From positions 186,001 through 250,000 of the forward strand of contig JASANG010002570.1 of NCBI GenBank assembly GCA_030248215.1: 64,000 nucleotides of DNA, read 5' to 3'. Origin of the DNA: Enoplolaimus lenunculus. Lineage: Eukaryota. Below the pieces are notes generated by a model. It did no database searches. It had not been told where the DNA came from and saw only the letters and a program-made list of their open reading frames with translations. A program made the translations under genes and the position numbers. Below, piece by piece: positions 22,001 through 34,500 of this stretch (position 1 is its first letter; the number at the start of each line of letters is the position of its first letter).

Positions 22001-23632
22001 CGTCACAATATTTGACAGCGTAAAATGGCTTCGCATTCAATTCAATCAGTCGTCCGTAAATCCGTTTCGGACATCGATGAAAACTGTTGTAATTGCTATC
22101 TCCAAGTCCTGAAAATGTAAAAAAAGTCAATCAAATTTACTCAAATGCCCATTGGCCTACTCGATACTACCCACCTTTCAATATTTAAACAGATGTTGTT
22201 CACAGCAAGCAACGTCTGTGGTAATCCTTTATAATTTACAAAGACTCAGCACCAAACTCCTATAGCCAGTTCCTGAAACAAACAATTAACTGTAGCAAGA
22301 GTTGATGATGACTCAGACAAGAGTACGTAACTTTACTTAACTTCATACCAGCTCACGTTGCGTTTTGCCCGCTTCCACCCCAGTTTAGGGGTTACTTCAA
22401 CTACGCATTGTATGCCTATCAGCAAATTTACCCATACAAACGACATAGCATACGGACCAATCATAACCCACGTTGGATACATTCTTTTATTCATCTAATC
22501 AGCTCAAACCTAAAAACGCAAACCGGCACCGGTCCAAACATTCGGGTTCGTTTGTTTTACTGTGCAATTTTCGGTAAAATTTTGCCGCGTTATCCGGTGG
22601 ATCACCGTCGCCAGTACTCGAACAAATAACAATCGCTAAATGTTGGCTTTTAGAATCGTGAGGACGACAAAGCTGAAACCAGCAAACGCTTAAAAGATTT
22701 AAGAATTTTAATTCGATTAGAACTAGGATTAGTTAAACAATTTATTGCTTCAGACCAAACTTATAATGTTATTGTAATCTCGGGAAAGCATAGCTTTGAG
22801 CAAAACTACATGCGAACATAAAGCGCGACAATTTTTAGACTACCTCTAGGATACAGAGTTAATTATATATATGTCGTAGGCCAATCTGCTATTCAGGCCA
22901 ATTACCAATTGGTCTAGGCCAATCTGCTATTCTGTGCAAATAGCAGTTTGGCCTAGGCCAAATAGCGATTGTGTAGCAGAACAACAGTGTTGTAAAACCA
23001 ACGCTGATTGGTTAACGGTATTGCGTCTGCCCAAATAATCAAATGTGATTCGTCTATAAGTTTAGTAGCAATTAGCAATTGGCTTGAATACCAGATTGAC
23101 CTACGACATATATTCTAAAGATTGTTAAAGCGTTTTTGCCTAGTCTCGTAATACATTTCAGGGGTGTATATCTTGTTTCCGTCTTTGTACATACGCCCCT
23201 AATTAACGCGCTCAGCATTCTAAACGTCTATAACAGAATCACGAAGTGACAAACTATAATCTATGCTATATTTGTTTATATTATTCCAATCCTTGCCACC
23301 ACATTACTGTTTATAATTTTCTTAACCCTAAACCTCATCCTATAATCCAACCATTATGTGTAGAGGACCTTTTTGTGGGCGGAAAATAATTATGAATGCG
23401 ATCTGAACTATGTATATGAGAATAATTTCGTCTAACCTCTGTCAGATCGTTAACATCGTTCAGTTCACATCGTTTAACTTCAACAGCCAATGACGCGTCT
23501 TCTATGCGTTCGTGAGCGATTTCTGCAATCGATTCTGATTGGCCAGTTTGCGATCCGTACGCAATTAATATTGTCGAACCAGCAAACGATTGGTTCGTGT
23601 TACAGTTTTGACTTGACTCGGCACTATACAAT
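16021..23632 (-). CDS. MTRR: Methionine synthase reductase (diflavin FMN/FAD/NADPH oxidoreductase), spliced; start codon not resolved
   Basis: Minus-strand phase-consistent exons: 23632-23437, 22672-22510, 22108-21991, 20855-20399, 19888-19718, 19424-19179, 18629-17866, 17551-17142, 16100-16021 (TAG). Motifs YGSQTGQSESIAE, SSTGDGDPPDNA, LGLGDSNY, DDQVGTDLVAEPW, FPGDA, LPRLQPRPYS, IGPGTGLAPY, WLFFGCR, YVCGDA..MANDV and C-terminal RYLQDIWS as in MTRR. No N-terminal membrane anchor seen, unlike cytochrome P450 reductase. Confidence 0.9.
18737..18913 (-). mobile_element. Telomeric-repeat MITE (GTTACTTTAAGGGGCGT subfamily) with 8-bp TSD
   Basis: TSD GATCAAAA on both sides; (TTAGGC)n core. Confidence 0.8.
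19903..20057 (+). repeat. AT-rich ~27-bp tandem repeat (AAAATACGCAAAAAATAAAGCTAATAA)
   Basis: About 6 units immediately next to the MTRR exon acceptor at 19888; it supplies T-rich sequence on the minus strand. Confidence 0.85.
20973..21437. mobile_element. 465-bp non-autonomous TIR element inserted in a (TAA)n microsatellite
   Basis: Perfect 16-bp TIR CTGGCTTCTCCACAGC / GCTGTGGAGAAGCCAG; (TAA)n at about 20950-20972 and 21438-21463. Confidence 0.8.
21768..21968 (+). mobile_element. Telomeric-repeat MITE (TAGAACAGGGCCGG subfamily) with perfect 8-bp TSD
   Basis: TSD CAACTTTA on both sides; TIR GGCCCATG.ATAGAACAGGG / CCCTGTTCTATACATGGGCC. Confidence 0.85.
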
Positions 23633-23859
23633 CTGAAAGAAAATATGCCGCAAACAAAGTTTATGCTAAAACTGTTTTTAAACACAAAATTAGAACATCT
23701 TACGGTGGACGTTGGTTGCTCTGGTACCGCGCTTACTAAAAGAGGATTTATTCATTAAAAACTCGCGCATCACACAGCTTGACGTTCACAGTGCTATTTC
23801 AGACAAATAATTTTTGTCTTAATTACAACTAAATTAATATTTATCAACAGTGGATATTG

Positions 23860-24290
23860 ACAAGAGTGTGCAACTCTTGGGGACACGCATGGTACAAAAT
23901 GCACCACCGAGTGTTGCGTTTTTGGCAGACTCCCCTTGTTTGATGGGGGGTGCCTCACATAAATACCCCAAAATTAAACTATAAGGGGGCCATCTTTGAC
24001 GCCGCGTATATAAAGTGTCATGGTTCGCACCGGTTTTACCCCCTAAATAAAGGGGGGTAGGGCAAAAACGCAACGCGTGCCAGGTACACACAGAATCTGC
24101 CCCGTTGCACACTCTAGTTAAATAGCGATTATGTACTCTTGATATAATCAATAGTCGATCGGTAATCACTCTTTTTACAACAGTGTGCAACTGGCTACAT
24201 TCTGCGTACAAAACAATATACGTAACGCGCGTTGCATTTTTGGCGTACACCCCCTTATTTGGGGTGGGGTTGAAATTCGCGCAAACAGAG
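23860..24290. repeat. Dispersed repeat family (CAAGAGTGTGCAACTCTTGG...)
   Basis: Closely matching copy at about 42486-42685; partial copy at about 46230-46320. Confidence 0.65.
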
Positions 24291-25801
24291 AAAAGAAAAT
24301 TCATAAAATGCTAATGGAAAAATGTGCTCGATTTATATTCTAGAAACTAAGTTAATTTTTCTTCATACGCTTCACGTGTATTACATGTGATATCGACCCT
24401 CCCTGTTCGAAGTGAGGGGATGGTAGGGCGCAAAAACACAACGAGTGCTGGTACATTTGATACCACGCGAAATCAGACAGTTGTACACTCTTGTCCAAGA
24501 GTGATCATCCACACTTGATATAATCAATAATTGAGCGTGGTTGTTCACGTTCGAAAAGAATAGTTATGTCTGCCGATGTGGACAACTGTTCGAGGGTGTA
24601 TTGCCAAAGTTTTCACAATTTGTGCCATACTAAATATTTTATCATACGTTTCCAGATACTGAATTTGATTCAGAATTTTGGCATCCCAAATGGTGTGTTT
24701 ACACGATTACAAGCGATAAAATAGCGTTAAATATGAATTTTTCGGTAACAAGTATTTTTTGTTTTCCGGTTCCGGTGTTTTTTGGCATTCCGGTTCCGGT
24801 GATTTAGAATTCTGGTTGCACCCTGGCTGTGCTATATGCAATACTGACGCAAAATTAGCTAACCTTTAACGAAACAATCACTCACTTGTACATATATACC
24901 AAATTCGAATACGAATATAATTAAGCGACTCAATGCTTGAATCAGCAAATATATTAACAAAATAACCAAGGAAAGCCAAATGGTTTAAAAAATCAACTCC
25001 AACATCAAATATCACAGCTCAAACACGTCAAAAACCCAACTTTTGAAAGTCTTCCAACTCGCAACAGTTGACATTCAAATGATCACAATTCTGAACTATT
25101 TTAGCCTGAATCTCAGCAGCCAAAATACGACTTAAGCCTTTTTAACTCCCCGCTGACTATTTCAATACAATCAGGAACGTTGTCACGGGGGGCGTTGGGG
25201 TGCAGTGCCCCCCAAATTTGGCTGGTACCCCCCTCAAATATACTGGATCTAAAAGTAAACAACCTTGAATTGCAATTGTAGAGGCCCTCAAAATTATTCA
25301 GTGCCCCCAATAATTTTCTGCGGACGCCCCTGAAAACATCGCCGCTGGATTTGTTATAAAATACGGACCAATATGTTTATAGAATAAGGCCCCAAAAACA
25401 ATATGACACGGTTGAAGCCTAAGCGACCTCGTTAGTCCTACAACAATGTTTGGACGTGGTTTTCCAACTGTGGGTAAAATTGAATTGCACTCGCCAACTT
25501 ATATTACAGCTGCACAAAAATCTTTAGCATTTCTTAGCCAAATTTTGTTAAAATTTGGCCCAGAAGTTTACCGCACAGATTTTCATAATTCAAATTGCAA
25601 AAATATGCGTTTAGAAAATATATTTTTGCTACAACATTAGTTTGTAGCCATCACCCAAAAATCTTATCTGCTGTAAAGCATAAATCGCCAACTGTTACAA
25701 ATACAATCAATAACAAAGATCCTGGTATAATAGAAAGCGCCCTGCGCAGTTCCAGCTGGTTACAGCCTGATAAAGCCCCCCTGGACTCTACCATTATGAC
25801 T

Positions 25802-25997
25802 GGCCCATGTTACTTGTAGGGGCGTCCAGGTTTCAGGTGGGTCTGTAAAACAGTTGGCATAGATTCTAGATTACAATTTTTTTGCTTAAAGCTTAGACTT
25901 AGTCTTAGGAACACACATTTGTAGCGCTTACGCTTAGGCTCAGGAATGCTTACGCTTAGGCTCAGGAATACTTACGCCCCTAAAAGTAACACAAGCC
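25802..25997 (-). mobile_element. Telomeric-repeat MITE, degenerate
   Basis: GGCCCATGTTAC / GTAACACAAGCC termini; imperfect TSD TTATGACT/ATATGTCT. Confidence 0.7.
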
Positions 25998-28768
25998 ATA
26001 TGTCTCAAATACACGTCAGTTACTACAGAGAATACAAATCCTAAGTTTCTACCATCAGTCGTATTCTCAAATACATGTAGCAGCTTCGGCCAAATTAACC
26101 ATTTTTCTAAACCAAAGCCTAAACCCGAGCCTAAATCTAAATGTAGATGACGTGTACAAAATCCAAAATTTCAACTAAAGCATGAGCTAATATATACAAA
26201 CTTAAAAGTAGTAATAAGTTCTACGAATCTTTATGCCGTCAAAAACATGTTCCGATATAGCGAGTGAACATGACAACGAATATGCCCCAATATTATAAGT
26301 CTATAGGCTTATTAATAGGTGAAGCAACTATATATATTCAAAAACAAAAAAAACTAATTTTGATAACGTCAACAAGTTCTCCATAAGCTTTCAGCCAAGA
26401 AGCAAATGGAAAGTATAACGCTCAATTAGAAACAGTACTTATCAAAGGCTAGATTTACATAGTGCACAAAGCATGTGTATTGGGGAGCATACCATAGCCA
26501 GAAAACAGAGTACTACGGTACCAGGGTGCAACCGGAGGTGAAAAGTACCGGAGCCGGAGGTAAACGAAACTTGCCGAAGCCGGAGGTTAGGCGAAATTAG
26601 GTCTGACCTTTCTGCTTTATTTAAGCACCACATTTTTGTCTTGTAAATCAGTAAACATTTATCAGGTTCACTAGACTACATTCTAGGTTTGTCAAAAACA
26701 CTTTATCGCAGAACAACTTACCACCTTGAAACTTAAACCCAAACAAAATCAACACAAACCTGAACTACAAGTCGTCTACTTACCGTTGATTCTATTTATA
26801 ACTGGCTTACAATTTATGAGTAAATCATGGTTTAGGCTCGTTATAATGATCCAATTTTATATCCCGCTGGTATAAACGTAAAACAGCAAACCTCCAAAAA
26901 CGAAAACTACACACGTGTTTTTAATTCTAATGATGCACCAAGAAATTCGCTCATTATAAAACTTTACGCCATAGTCAAAAACAAATAATTTACTATACAA
27001 CATGGCAGAAACTCAAAACTTAACACCCATGCATCATATTTTAAAAACATAACACTATCAGTATAACAGTAGGTATAACGGCAATTATTATATTGAGACT
27101 GCTTTTATAAACTGTACATAAACTATTGTTAACATAGTGAAAAATGCATATACTTCCGCTACTTTGCATATTTCAACACTAACGCAGGTTCAACATACAG
27201 TGAGTGGTCAGGGTGCAGTCGGACATCACTTTCCGGTAAGCATCAGTGCCAGTTTTCATTGTGAAATAGGCGGAAATATTAGTATTTTTGTGGATAGATT
27301 TTACAATTTACAATATACGTAATTTTACATCAAACGTTTTTGATAAACGTACAATTTCGGTACAAGCTGGGTCCTGTTTAACTGGTCAGAATTTCGGCAA
27401 TAGTTACTGTTGTTTTAAACAAAAAACTCAGTAGCCACAAACCGCTCGAATATATCATATAAACGTAGTTTACACATCGAAACTACATTACAACTAAAAA
27501 ACCGCACAAAATAATGCTTTTCACGCGCAAAAGGTACGCTTTCAATGCTAAAGAACACTAAACAGGAGCAAAATCTCAACTGGAGGACATCCGGCGGACA
27601 TTGCGAATTGGGTAGCTCCCGTCGAGTGAGCAACAAAGAAAAACCAGTTTATTTGGAATTGCACTGAAATACATGTCGTTCAATGTCACCCGAAGCTGCA
27701 CACAAAATTTGTTTTGTTTCATGTTGGTACGAAGACCCTAATAACACCGAATGACAAAAACGTCATCAAAATATATAGCGCAATCCTTCCTGCTTTAGAG
27801 AACAAACTATAAAAATCCGACACTATGACATCATCATGACAATATACTTTAATCATACTTCATCCATGATTTATTTCAGCAGTAACAACACAGCGATCAA
27901 GAACCTTATTCTTCTACAATTGAGACGTTGGTTCATCAGGCTGCAAAATCGATAATATTTACTTACGTATACGCAGGTACTAAGTTTTTATGATACAGAA
28001 ATGTTGCAGTACATTTACGCCGATGGCTTTTAAAATATTACACTTTAATATTTTACGACGACTTGGTCCACAAAATATTCAAACTTTCCGTTATATCAAA
28101 ATTGAAAGCAATAGTCAGTACACATAACCAAACTAAACAACCCCACATACTGATTAGGTAAAATTTTCAACAATTATCTTTCTGCCGTTGTCATCCAACG
28201 CTTTCAAGAATAACTCGGTCAAAACATTATTCAGTAGCAATCAATGCAGGCTAGTGAAGATGCTTCCAAAATTCTTTAAGTTTGAAACAATGACCCAGCC
28301 GTAAATTGCGTTTGGAGCGACTTATCTGCATGCTATTCAACCTGTTATATTTAGAACGTCACATGGTTTTCAGGACTGACTATGAATCCGTACGTACATC
28401 GTGCAACACTTGCGCCTGACGTAAGTTACATATAGATGACGTTTGAATCACCTAAAATCAAATAGCCTAACCCTTATACTTCAAACACAAGACAGAGGAG
28501 GACATTCGCGGAAAACGGAACATTTTAATCCCCCCGGAGACTTTTGACATTTTTGATAATAAATCCTTAACGAATGAACAAAATGAGACCTTTTTGCTCT
28601 CATTTTATTACCCGAACATGCCAAAAATGTGCTACTCTGTTATAACGTCTCCGTTATAAAAACAGTAGTTAAAATGTAGAATGTAATTTTATCCCTTCGG
28701 AAAGTACAATTGACACTTTAAACGTTTATATATGCCGTTTTATCTAGTTGCAAAACCATAGAAGCGAC

Positions 28769-29802
28769 TGTCAGTCTAGGTAGGAACCGGGACATCAGAC
28801 CTTTCAACTAAGCAGCCGGAAAGCGAGCCTCCGGAGCGGGGATTGAACTCTCAGCATATGGATCCTAAGCGAATATTCTACCACTGCGCCACGCAGCCCG
28901 CCTGTCTAACTGCATTTTTAGTCGACTATATGTGTCGACCGTATGCTGCCAGCAAGCATACAACACAATGTGCATTGCATTTATTGCATACACACTGGGA
29001 CAAGCATGTCTCACATGCTTACATGCCCTTATTTTCAACAAGGTCGTCCCTTGACCGTCCATCCTATTTTCGACTGGATACCATGGTCATAGCGCGGCAG
29101 TTTACCATTGCCCTCATGGCGAAGCCCATGTCAGTCTACGTACGAACCGGGACATCAGACCTTTTTACTAAGCAGCTGGAAAAGCAGGCTTCCGAAGCGG
29201 GGATCGAACTCTCAGCCTACGGATGCTAAGCGAATATTGTACCACTGCGCAACGCAGCCCGCCCACCCAACTGCATTTTTTGTCGCCTATATGTCGACCC
29301 TATGCTGCCTGCTACCAATACAGTGCACTGTACTATATTGCATGTGCACATAACGGACAAGCATGTCTCACATGGTCTTATTTTCAACAAGGTCGTCCCT
29401 TGACCGTCCATCCTGTTTCTTGTAAGCAGTGAGACATGGTCCGGGTGCAAATGCAATAAATGCAATGCACATTGTGGTGTACGGGCGACACATGTAGTCG
29501 ACGAAAAATGCATTTGGAGAGGCGGGCTACGTGGCGCAGTGGTAGAGCGTCCGCTTAAGGATCCGTAGGCTGAGAGTTCGATCCTCGCTCCAGCCCGCTT
29601 TTCCAGCTGTTTAGTTGAAAGGTCTTATGTCCCGATTCCTACTTAGACTGACATGGGGGCTACACCGTGAGCGCAATGGTAAACTGCCGCGATATGAACA
29701 CGGTATTCAGTCGAAAATAGGATGGACGGTATCCCGCTCTAGCCCGCTTTTCCAACTGCTTAGTTGAAAGGTCTGATGTCCCGATTCCTACCTAGACTGA
29801 CA
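28769..29802. mobile_element. TGT...ACA fold-back element with 5-bp TSD (Ginger/TDD-like termini) built from repeated units with tRNA-like heads
   Basis: GCGAC|TGTCAGTCTAGGTAGGAA ... TTCCTACCTAGACTGACA|GCGAC. A ~360-bp unit is repeated directly at about 29129 and inverted at about 29480-29730. tRNA-like TGGCGCAGTGG...GTTCGATCC at about 29530-29585. Confidence 0.7.
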
Positions 29803-31507
29803 GCGACCATTAGTTTCCTGAATAACAGGTCAAAACCAAAACAAGCGCGCAATTTTATAGAAGTACCTAGCAGATAAAACTGAAATTGATCAACCGTTTT
29901 TTAGACTAATTATAAGTTGGGACAGGATTACATTTCGCCAAAACCAAAAACTACAATTCAAATTTGAACCAATATTGGGAGAACGCCCTAAAAATTCCCC
30001 TCATTTACAATGAGACGATATGATAACCTTAAAACATCGAAACATTAAGACTCTTGCCCTTTCATATTTATCACTCTTAACAAAACATAACATAAATAAG
30101 GCAAATGTATGCCCAAAAGCTAACCAGCTTAATGCATACGTTCTTTCCACAACTTCTCCAATACGGACGAATGTTTTAATTACGTTATATAACCAATGTT
30201 AAAAGTTGATGATTTTCTCGATATGTGCGCACATCACCAATAAAAGTGTTCGATCTCACTGTACCGCTATAAAGCTCTGGTTCAGTACTCGGCCTGTTAC
30301 AACAGTATATTCAATAACTTAGAACTTTATTAAATTCTATGTATCACAGTAAAATAATTGTGCGTGACTGCCAAATTGCTATATTGCGATGCTATGAAAA
30401 ACATCTGTTCAGAATTCCACTACACTATTCGCTCACAAATGACCAATAATATAATCGATGGTCTTCAAATCTCTATTTCTGCACAAACTAGAATTTACTC
30501 AAAAAGTAATTTATACATTTCGGGTCTACGTAGAATCAGTTTTGAAATTTTAAAACAGAAATGGTGATGCATAAGCTTCGGACCTTGAAACGGACGCATT
30601 AGCACCGCGGCAAGCAGTCCAACTTTCCGGCTATATTGTGTTCTTTTTACTGTAACCGTAGGTATATATACGTCGACCCATATATAGACAAAAAACGTAA
30701 ATGCGTTTCGTATTACCAACGTGGGCAAACGTTTCATAAATTTAAACGTTACTGTTACTCAGCATTGCTTAACAGTTTTAAAATTGTTAAAATTCTGACA
30801 ATAGAAACGAATTTCAATTTTCTTAGTGTAAAATAGTCTTCCTGGAACTTCACTATAACGAAGTAAACGCTAAGTTTTTTGTGCGCACCTCTCCTCCTCC
30901 ATTTCGGAAATCCAGAATTATGGGTTTCGCTGCACTAGCTAAGTGTTTCCACAAAAGCATCGCTCAAAGAGTTTTACGTTAAACAGTTTCGTCATCTTGA
31001 ACCACTTCCAATAGATTTAAAACGAAATTTGAACTCAAAAAATCATTTTCTTCTGTCATCAATATGCGTAGGTAATGCTCTGTATTTCTATGTGATGTTT
31101 GCACTAGTTTTACTTTTTTGGCAAAATAATAATCGAGTCAAAGCGTATTGATCTTGTACGATTTGGTTTATCATTGAGTAGTGCAGGAAGCACAATTTAT
31201 CGTTAACTATATTAAGGTTTAATTTTTAACTAATATGCTTCGACTGAGTGATCTTTATACCTTAACTATAAATAAACGTATGCAGAAACTTGTGATATAT
31301 GCAACATATAGAACTTTTATTAGTGCATGTATTGAAAACACTGTGTCTGATGTTTTGATTTGTCGAGTTCTACCATCATTTGCCTGCGCGCATCTTTCAT
31401 GCTGCAATTGCTCATAAGCAAAATTCTGTTTCGTTTTTCGCGACAGAACACATCCTACGCTCGACTTTCTGTCGTTTTTTACATTCATAGGCTTTGTTTT
31501 TAGTGCT

Positions 31508-34500
31508 ATGATTTTTCAAACTTTCTGTATCTTACTTTTATTATTCGTCAGTTGTCAATTTATTGTAAAAGCGCAGAATAACGCAGGACAACCACAACCT
31601 GATGACGTCAAAGGTATACGTGTTTGAAGTTGCAGATGTTTCGTTTCCACTGTTACACGACAAAAATCTAAACTAAAAACTTTAAGATTTTAACTCAACT
31701 CACAAACCGAGACCCTGAGGAAACATAAAGCTGACCAATGAAATAGTGGACTCAGAACATTGAGCTTTAGGCTAATGATAACAGGTTAAAGCTTTATGCG
31801 GGGTTCACGTTATAACTGGGGCAGTCGGGTCACGTTTTGTCACATGTCGATTCGACATCAACATAAATTTTTGTTACCATCATATGATACGGACAAGCAA
31901 AAGTCGAATATCATGTGATATTGCTATACAAAGCACGGGTATTCATGTTATCTCAGCATACAAGTGTTCGAATGTCACGTGACATAATCAGACATATTGT
32001 TGAATATCATATGATATTCCAAATTAACAGCATATATGATATGATATTCAAAGACGGATTTGCAGTATCATATGATATTCCATTATGTAGTTTAAGACGT
32101 ATACAATCCGCTATAATTTTGAATATTCCCTTCCAAATTCGAATTTTTCTGCCAAAATTTGAATTTCCCGCCAAATTTTGAATTTTTGCGCCAAAATTTG
32201 AACTTTCCGCCATAATTTGAATTTTCCCGCCAAAATTTGAGTTTTCCGCCAAAATGTGAATTTCCCGCCAACTTTTGAATTTTCCGGTCTAAATTTGAAT
32301 TTGCCGCCGAAATTTGAGTTTTCCACCAAAATTAGAATTTTCCCGCCAAAATTTGAGTTTCCCGCCAAAATTTGAATTTCCCGCCAAAATGTGAATTTCC
32401 CGCCAAATTTTGAATTTTCCTGTCTAAATTTGAATTTGCCGCCAAAATTTGAATTTTCCCGCCAAAATTTGAATTTCCCGCCAAAATTTGAATTTCCCGC
32501 CAAAATTTGAATTTCCCGCCAATTACATGTCGATTAGTATCATATGATATTCCAAACCTAGTTATGCAGCTGACTCAGTAGACATTTTCAAAATGATCAT
32601 ATGATATTGACAGACAACGTAGGGAATATCATATGATATTGAAAGACAAAACGTGACCCATACGTGACGTTAGCAGAAAACCACTGTTTTTTGAATATCA
32701 TATAATGTTACCCAATATATACAACGTGACAAAACGTGGCCCAGCTGCACCATTTATAACGTGAACTCCGCATTAGGCCTATGCTTTACTAAGCACGATT
32801 TTATGCTATATTAATGTTGCCGTTATTAAGTGAAGTATACAGTTTAGAAGTAGCAAAATAAAAAATTTATTAATTTGCAAGTATATGTATAATTTGAAGC
32901 TAAAACCGGCCAGGAAATCCCTTGAGAACAAATACTTAAACTTGACAATACAACCGAAAAGATCTGTCACAATACCAGGAAAACGATACTCATTGAAATA
33001 TCAAAAAACACATTTGAAATTAAATGATTTTCATGTATTGAGTTTCGCAAAACAACTTGATAGCTTTCCGTTTCATGTGCCATTAGTTTTGTTCAATATC
33101 TTGCTAATAGCGACACAAAACGTGCGAACTATTCGCCCGGCCCATGTTAATTATGGGGGCCTGCCAACTGACTGCCTAACCTTAAAGCCTAAGCCGCCCA
33201 ATCGAGAACCGTGTCTGGCTGCTCTCAAAGTGGGCTGGTAGGGACCCTATACTTGGCATAGTTCATTCGATCGACATGTAAGAAAATATGCCAGCTTAAA
33301 TATAAATATTGTTTTACAATGACTTTTAATTGCTGCCTTGTTTATTATGTTTAATAATGTTTTCAGATGAGCGTCTTGATATTTTTCTTGACAAAATAAA
33401 GTTCAAAATGGAACCAGGAGAGCAGGTTGGCTTTATTTTTATCTTTGTATCTGAATACGCGGCTGACCGCCGCCCATCAATTGTGTTACAAGGCTCAAAA
33501 TCAAAATTTATCAAGGTTCGGAACTAAGTTTACTTTGAAGACATAATGCGTGTATATGTGAAATCAAGTCCAATATTTTAATTGAAACTTTATGTTGTGC
33601 AGAAGACTAAATGAACATTTTGAAATGGATGGCACATTTAATAAACTGTTGTCCGTGGCTAAAATTACGGTTCTTTTACACCTTTCGCCACCAGGCTCAG
33701 GTTTACGTTCAGACCTAGGGTTTAGGTTTGGTTCCGGATAAGGCTTTCCAAAGCCCTAGCCTTGACCTAAGCTTTAAAGCTTGACATGAACCAGAAACTA
33801 AGGCTTAATTTTAAATGTGGGGCACACTAAATAATTGTCAAAAAATTTCAAGACTTCTATTTCCTTAAATTTTCGTGTCTTGTATTTCAGACATTAATTG
33901 CATTGAACAGCTCAGAAATTCGGTTCTTAAATTAAACGGTTAAAAAATAAATTTCTTATATTTAAGAAATTACTGTTGCTAATTAATAAGACATAAATTT
34001 CTTCCTTTCAAGAAACAATTGTCTTATATTCGAGACTAGTTTTCCGATTTTTATGTATGTATAAAAACTGTTCTGTTGATATTCTTAAGAAAGTATATAA
34101 ACAATCAAATTTCAAAGATATTTCGACTTGAGCTCAGTCTCCGCCAACCTATTAAGTTTACGTCTTGGACGTACTTATGTTGTAAAATTAGAGTATTGGG
34201 TTGAGCTTTTAGCCCCCAATTTTGGAGTCGGTTCCCATGGAAAATCTCTGTATTTTAATATTGCAGACATTCTTGTCTTATATTTCAGAAATATTTTTCT
34301 TGATCGTTCATAAAACAATGACAATTCTTTTAAATTTTAGACAATATTTCTTGAACACAAGACAATTGATTTTACGTGTAGAACCGAAATTTCAAGTAGC
34401 AGCGTCCAGCACGTACCTTCTATCTACACGGCCCATCCATGGATGAATGACACAGTGGCATATGATTTATGTCGATTTTAAATTGAATTTCGTTCAAATT

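Noticed and set aside
29520..29600. Possible functional tRNA gene
   Set aside because: A and B boxes are present, but acceptor and anticodon stems are not convincing, and diverged copies lie within a mobile element.
32007..32503. 130-aa and 81-aa ORFs with NSNFGGKF repeats
   Set aside because: Translations of the ~20-bp minisatellite.
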